64,000 nucleotides of DNA from Candidatus Poribacteria bacterium. Its GTDB lineage: Bacteria > Poribacteria > WGA-4E > PCPOR2b. The stretch covers positions 4,768,001 to 4,832,000 of the forward strand of contig OZ242351.1 in assembly GCA_965208675.1 (NCBI GenBank). Direction: 5' to 3'. The position numbers and the translations under genes were made by a program. Every line of letters starts with the position of its first letter. The stretch's first letter is position 1. Shown here piece by piece: positions 60,701 through 64,000 of the stretch. The notes under the pieces were generated by a model, which was not told the DNA's origin, did not search any database, and was given only the letters and a program-made list of their open reading frames with translations.

Positions 60701-61381
60701 CCATTCTGCGAACGACGCTATCCCCTCTTCCAACCAATTCTCATCGGTTGTTCCACCATTCTGATACCAATTGGCGAGGTGGGCAAATTCGTGGGCGAGC
60801 AGGGCGAGGAGGATAAAACGCCCCCGCTCCTTGAGCAGGTACACATCGGCAAAGATAATCTCGCGCCGGTTGCTATTGAAATCAGTCGGACGTTGATCGG
60901 TCGGTGAGAAATAACCGCCGATGTCTTGAGCTGAACCATTCAATCCCACATCGTGTATTAATAGTGTTACTCGGGCATCCCGGTCTAAGCCCGGCTTCCA
61001 TTCGCTGCCAATCCACCGGTGAACTTGCGGGTAGATTCGCGAATCAAATTCAGCTGCAATATCCTGTGCTTGTATTTCGTTTACTATACCGAGCACCGAA
61101 TTTTCGACGTAGATGTAGATATGCTCGCCGATGGCAATGCAAGTGCCTTTCACTAATTGTTCGGGGATATGTGTATAAAACCGTTCAATCTGCCCGAGGT
61201 GTATTTCAGGTGCCGGAGCGGCAGAAATTTCCGGCAATTGAAGAGCCGAGTGCGTATGCTGGGTGAGTTCCGGCGTTCCGCAGCGCCAATGTCCGCCATA
61301 AGGTGGATGCAGATGGATGGGTTGCGCGCAGACTTGATGAGCGATGCAACAAAAATATAAAAACAAATCGCAGCAACGCAT
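57785..61381 (-). CDS. Secreted zinc metallopeptidase (M30/InhA-like) + LVIVD repeats + FlgD-Ig/T9SS-like C-terminal domain
   Basis: Signal-like N-terminus, RCGTP, GGYF, LAHEFAHL (HExxH), WLEEG; many AYIADG.G.QxxDV..P..P repeats; C-terminal QNFPNPFNPETWIPY...WDGRN...SGIYFY...TRKMAILR. Confidence 0.88.
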   Translation of the reverse strand: MRCCDLFLYFCCIAHQVCAQPIHLHPPYGGHWRCGTPELTQHTHSALQLPEISAAPAPEIHLGQIERFYTHIPEQLVKGTCIAIGEHIYIYVENSVLGIVNEIQAQDIAAEFDSRIYPQVHRWIGSEWKPGLDRDARVTLLIHDVGLNGSAQDIGGYFSPTDQRPTDFNSNRREIIFADVYLLKERGRFILLALLAHEFAHLANWYQNGGTTDENWLEEGIASFAEWAIYGNVHNIFVDGYLRDPSVSLTSGNTRDVYYGAAFMLLLYAFENYGGAAFIRELARQDLLGIDGINSALGSIGRSARFADIFQNWAIANFVNDIRRGANYGYENLPNKRVNRGVERRVNSYPTIRLDNLDDWGVRYVSYQNLSPKLEIALDGAGNGEMYAQVVHIPQRGSPMIHRLQFDEYDNARLELNNLNPSDQVMLVATTATSQSFRYAGTSDGNSGIVVGAPRPVNLPIVAPGKITRTVGNRSQPIEKLPTISYKLEPMRQVHLSSSYQNVVVVENYAFAASDWGLEIFNFENPTEPVRTGEIATPGNAQDAAVDDGTAYIADGVEGIQLVDVRRPAAPQLVKSVKGFTFAHRIQVTNGHAYIVDSEEGLLIYNLHELHSSIEPKPISAFQTLGEALNVWVEGPTVYLSDRNQGFQILDFERIDIPAIVGKIDIVGFDFHFEDGYVYVASGDFRVVDVRDRFNPKIISTLRTPGTSNGIKFQDGFVYLTDVQAGFYLIDVRNPLRPKFVARQSITGSAVGVDLYTPNDGTTIAYIADGSGSLHAVDVSRPSSPQWLHRHVASGEAYGLDIVQGENGRRKAFIADGRGGLKVVDIKDTFDAALTQFIPIDGTAADVQVFNGHAYIAGGERGVFVMNVRNVIRPITIARISTSEPAVGIEIDNGYAYVSAGDFVVIDVRDLNRIRVVARQRMPGNAYRSAIDGVYAYVAALDGGLRIFDIENPAAPRAVASYETNGNATHVTVAENRAYVLDSRSGVQILDVSDPRRPFRIAQYETDGLPIDAKVSGDYLFLLDGTTLKIVDIRNLELVSRYKNLRFPSELAVIHDAVYVADLYSLQIFKVNEHLFELSVNDPTVFGELTHLENANPQTVRFMNELGQNFPNPFNPETWIPYRLAQDAKVTVNIFNRSGNLVRTIESGNKKADVYESPSKAVYWDGRNDLGERVGSGIYFYTLSANRFSATRKMAILR

Positions 61382-61566
61382 TTACAAACAACCCCCCATT
61401 CATCAAGTTATTAATTAGAACCTTTAATATCCAAAAGACACGGATATACGGTTAAAACGACGTTGACACACCCCCATGTAAAGTTTGAGATATTAGCACT
61501 CATTTTCGAATTCGGTGCACCTATCTAAGTTTTAGTGATTAGCGTTTGACTCTGTGCACTGTGGTA

Positions 61567-61595
61567 ATTCTACCACAAACCCCATGTAATGTCAA
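61567..61595 (-). promoter_or_regulatory. Putative sigma70 promoter of the protease / J-TPR / DnaN-DUF4159 unit
   Basis: Minus strand TTGACA-17 nt-TAGAAT with extended TG; the -10 lies inside the inverted repeat GTGGTA-attc-TACCAC (61561-61576). Confidence 0.65.
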
Positions 61596-61724
61596 CGTAT
61601 ATTAAGTATATATTGAAATCAAACCATTAGTTAATGCGTTTACTCGATGAAAACTGGCTGATGTTGGTTGCGTCCGTTGACATGGGATCTTTGGTGTTTT
61701 GGACCTAAAATTGCTATGTTTCGC

Positions 61725-62486
61725 TTAAACAAGTGTTTGCCAGACGAGCCGAATTGCGAAAGCCAATGAGGTGACAACGAGTACGATTTTAATCCATTTT
61801 TCTCCTCTGTCAACCGCCCAATTGCTTCCGAACCACGCACCGGTCGCATTTCCAAGTGCAAGTGTTAACCCCAAAAAGGGGTCGACATTGCCATTGTAAA
61901 TGAAGATTCCCAGCGCGACGATGGTGAAAAAGAAGCTGACAAACAGCTTGATCGCGTTTGCACGAACGAGGTCATAACCATTTATTGATGTCAATGCGCC
62001 AATGATAATGAAACCCACTCCGGCTTGAATAAACCCGCCATAAATACCAATAAAAAAGAAGGCAATTATTGCGACAATCTTTCGTGCAAGATTCTGCTCA
62101 ATTCTTGTTCCTTCACTTTTCCTTGTCGGACTGAGATAAGTCAATGCCAGTACTCCTACCATGATAGCCGCTAACACTCTCTTGAAAGCAACCTCACCCA
62201 TGAATACTGCAATGATAGCCCCAATGATAGCTCCTGGAATTGCTGGAATGGTCAGGAAAGCGCTAAAGCGAAAGTCAGAAAATCCTTTGGCACGAAATCC
62301 TGCAACGCCGGTTGCACACTGTATGGCGACCGCTACTCGATTTGTGCCGTTCGCTGTCGCGGCGGGTAAACCGAGGAAGATTAGCACCGGAAGGGTTAGT
62401 AATGAACCGCCGCCCGCAACCACATTTAGGAAACCTGCAGCGACTCCAGAAATTAAGATTAAGGGAATTTGCCAAACCAGTTGCAT
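61725..62486 (-). CDS. TauE/SafE (TSUP) family sulfite exporter
   Basis: AGFLNVVAGGGSLLTLP, ANGTNR, GIYGGFIQAGVG, ANAIK. Confidence 0.92.
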   Translation of the reverse strand: MQLVWQIPLILISGVAAGFLNVVAGGGSLLTLPVLIFLGLPAATANGTNRVAVAIQCATGVAGFRAKGFSDFRFSAFLTIPAIPGAIIGAIIAVFMGEVAFKRVLAAIMVGVLALTYLSPTRKSEGTRIEQNLARKIVAIIAFFFIGIYGGFIQAGVGFIIIGALTSINGYDLVRANAIKLFVSFFFTIVALGIFIYNGNVDPFLGLTLALGNATGAWFGSNWAVDRGEKWIKIVLVVTSLAFAIRLVWQTLV

Positions 62487-62487
62487 G

Positions 62488-62781
62488 TCAGTTTTTAGTC
62501 CTTTCTTTGTGGCTAGATTTTGATGCCTGACGGCGTTTCGCCGCTAAAATTAACAGTAACGCAGACCCATTTCCAATTAGGACCGCGCTCAGAATGCCCA
62601 TGAGGAACACGAATCCGCCGGTGGCTACTACGCCGGATCCAAACGGGCATGACCAGATTCCCAAAGCAAAGGCAGAGAGTGGAATGAGCGCACCCAATAG
62701 GAAACCGATTACAGCAGCGACTGTAGCGAAGTTTTGATGTTTTTTTATTGGGAGTTTTACGGATCGTAAAGTCATGTTCAT
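62488..62781 (-). CDS. Small 2-TM hypothetical membrane protein
   Basis: Two hydrophobic stretches and a basic tail; stop lies 1 nt from the TauE start. Confidence 0.6.
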   Translation of the reverse strand: MNMTLRSVKLPIKKHQNFATVAAVIGFLLGALIPLSAFALGIWSCPFGSGVVATGGFVFLMGILSAVLIGNGSALLLILAAKRRQASKSSHKERTKN

Positions 62782-62832
62782 ACCTTCATACGTTAGCAGG
62801 GCTTAATCCTCTTGATTTAAATTTAGTAGCAA

Positions 62833-63675
62833 TTAAGTCTTTACTTGTGGATCCAAGACATCGCGCAGCGCATCGCCTAGCAAGTTGAACCCTAACACCA
62901 TCAGGAAAATGGCAGTTCCCGGCGTCATCACCGTCCAAGGCGCGCGGCGGATGAGCGAGCGATTTTCGTTCAACATTGCGCCCCACTCCGGCTCGCCAAT
63001 TTCGGCCCCAAGTCCTAAAAAACTTAGGCCCGCAGCGTCTAGGATTGCAGCTCCCATGCCGAGCGTAGCTTGTACAATCAATGGGGCAAGGCAATTTGGG
63101 ATAACTGCTGTCGTCATTATTCGAATGTCGCTTGCACCAACAACTCTTGCTGCCATTACATATTCTTCTTCGCGAATTTTGAGCACTGACGCCCGTAGTA
63201 TTCGGGCATATTGCGGAATATAAACTATCGAAACAGCGATAATTGCATTGGTCAGGCTCTGTCCTAAAATGGTGATTATCACCATCGCAAGCAGGATGCT
63301 TGGCATAGCAAGCATCATATCCATTATGCGCATAAACGTGTTATCCATCCAACCGCCGTAATAGCCTGCGATAATTCCCACCAGCGCGCCAATGGAGATT
63401 GAAAACGACATTGCAACCAGCCCTATTTTTATAGAGATTTGCGATCCGTAAACGATCCGGCTAAAGATATCCCTCCCTGCCTTGTCGGTGCCGAAGTAAT
63501 GTTCGGACGACCAACCCTTGAGTCCAGCGATGACATCAGCTTCGCGCGGGTCGTGTGTGGCAATGAATGGAGCTAGGATTGCGATGAGGACAAAAATGAG
63601 GATAATTGAAAAGCCAATCATGCCGGATGTGTGACGCAAAAGATTTTGATGAATCCTGCGGCTGTTCCCGCTCAT
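62833..63675 (-). CDS. Dipeptide/oligopeptide ABC transporter permease (DppC/OppC type)
   Basis: HYFGTDKAGRDIFSRIVYG, EAA loop EEYVMAARVVGAS, LSFLGLG, FNLLGDALRD. Confidence 0.95.
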   Translation of the reverse strand: MSGNSRRIHQNLLRHTSGMIGFSIILIFVLIAILAPFIATHDPREADVIAGLKGWSSEHYFGTDKAGRDIFSRIVYGSQISIKIGLVAMSFSISIGALVGIIAGYYGGWMDNTFMRIMDMMLAMPSILLAMVIITILGQSLTNAIIAVSIVYIPQYARILRASVLKIREEEYVMAARVVGASDIRIMTTAVIPNCLAPLIVQATLGMGAAILDAAGLSFLGLGAEIGEPEWGAMLNENRSLIRRAPWTVMTPGTAIFLMVLGFNLLGDALRDVLDPQVKT

Positions 63676-64000
63676 GTGTTTCCTCCAATCCTGATTCGTG
63701 GATCGAAATAGATGTAAAGCAGGTCAACAATCAGATTGACGGCCATGAAAACGGTAGCCACAAATAGCACACCTCCTTGAACCGGTCGAATATCTCTGGC
63801 TTCGACAGCGGCGCGCAGCCATGAACCGAGTCCTGGCCAAGAAAAGATGTGTTCGGTTAGAATAGCACCGCCCAGTAAGTATCCGAAATTCAAACCAATA
63901 ACAGTCAACACAGGATTGACGCTATTTTTCAGCGCGTGCTTAAGCACAATTTTCGATTTTGAAAGCCCTTTCGCATGCGCGGTCATGATGTATTGTTGAT
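63672..64000 (-). CDS. Dipeptide/oligopeptide ABC transporter permease (DppB/OppB type), C-terminal part; 5' end outside window
   Basis: TAHAKGL, HALKNS, GGAILTEHIFSWPGLG, DLLYIYFDPRIR; ATGA overlap with the next gene. Confidence 0.93.
   Translation of the reverse strand, partial: QQYIMTAHAKGLSKSKIVLKHALKNSVNPVLTVIGLNFGYLLGGAILTEHIFSWPGLGSWLRAAVEARDIRPVQGGVLFVATVFMAVNLIVDLLYIYFDPRIRIGGNT

Noticed and set aside
61493-61521. CIRCE (HrcA operator) upstream of a J-domain gene
   Set aside because: Only the TTAGCACTC half matches; GAGTGCTAA is absent at N9 spacing.
1-64000. tRNA, rRNA, tmRNA, RNase P, SRP RNA, IS elements, prophage genes
   Set aside because: No diagnostic motifs recognised by eye in intergenic regions or ORFs; a covariance-model scan is needed to exclude divergent ncRNAs.

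Overview
Bacterial chromosomal window with a standard genetic code (RF1 has PxT and GGQ). Multiple PhyH-family dioxygenases, a LamG protein ending VEPxxKLAxxWGxLK and a secreted protein ending NFPNPFNPETWIPY suggest Candidatus Poribacteria or a relative (inference; no database search was possible). 1-21 kb is accessory metabolism: Ni/Co transporter, three PhyH dioxygenases, a P-loop kinase, a membrane spermidine-synthase-like methyltransferase, LamG, an exonuclease, a beta-helix protein, an M20 deacylase, DoxX-like genes with a pseudogene, and a nadC-led cluster. 21.7-35 kb holds rho-rpmE-prfA-prmC, an FG-GAP/ASPIC-UnbV protein and a vWA/DUF4159/DUF4175 operon. 35.2-54 kb is a minus-strand str-S10-spc-alpha ribosomal superoperon lacking rpmD, adk, map and infA. 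54.3-61.4 kb is a three-gene unit, followed by TauE and Dpp permeases. Top lead: 54353-56044 appears to fuse an isolated beta-sliding-clamp (DnaN) domain I to a TonB-type SxxxH membrane anchor, a Pro/Gly-rich stalk and a DUF4159 domain, downstream of a J-domain/TPR protein and a secreted metalloprotease. Other leads: apparent in-frame insertions coinciding with DNA hairpins (S7, L6, two accessory genes), changes at normally conserved translation residues (S12 [10 protein letters not shown]-Tu GGRWTPF, L6, S5, L22) and several candidate structured RNAs. No tRNA, rRNA, CRISPR array, integrase, transposase or reverse transcriptase was recognised.
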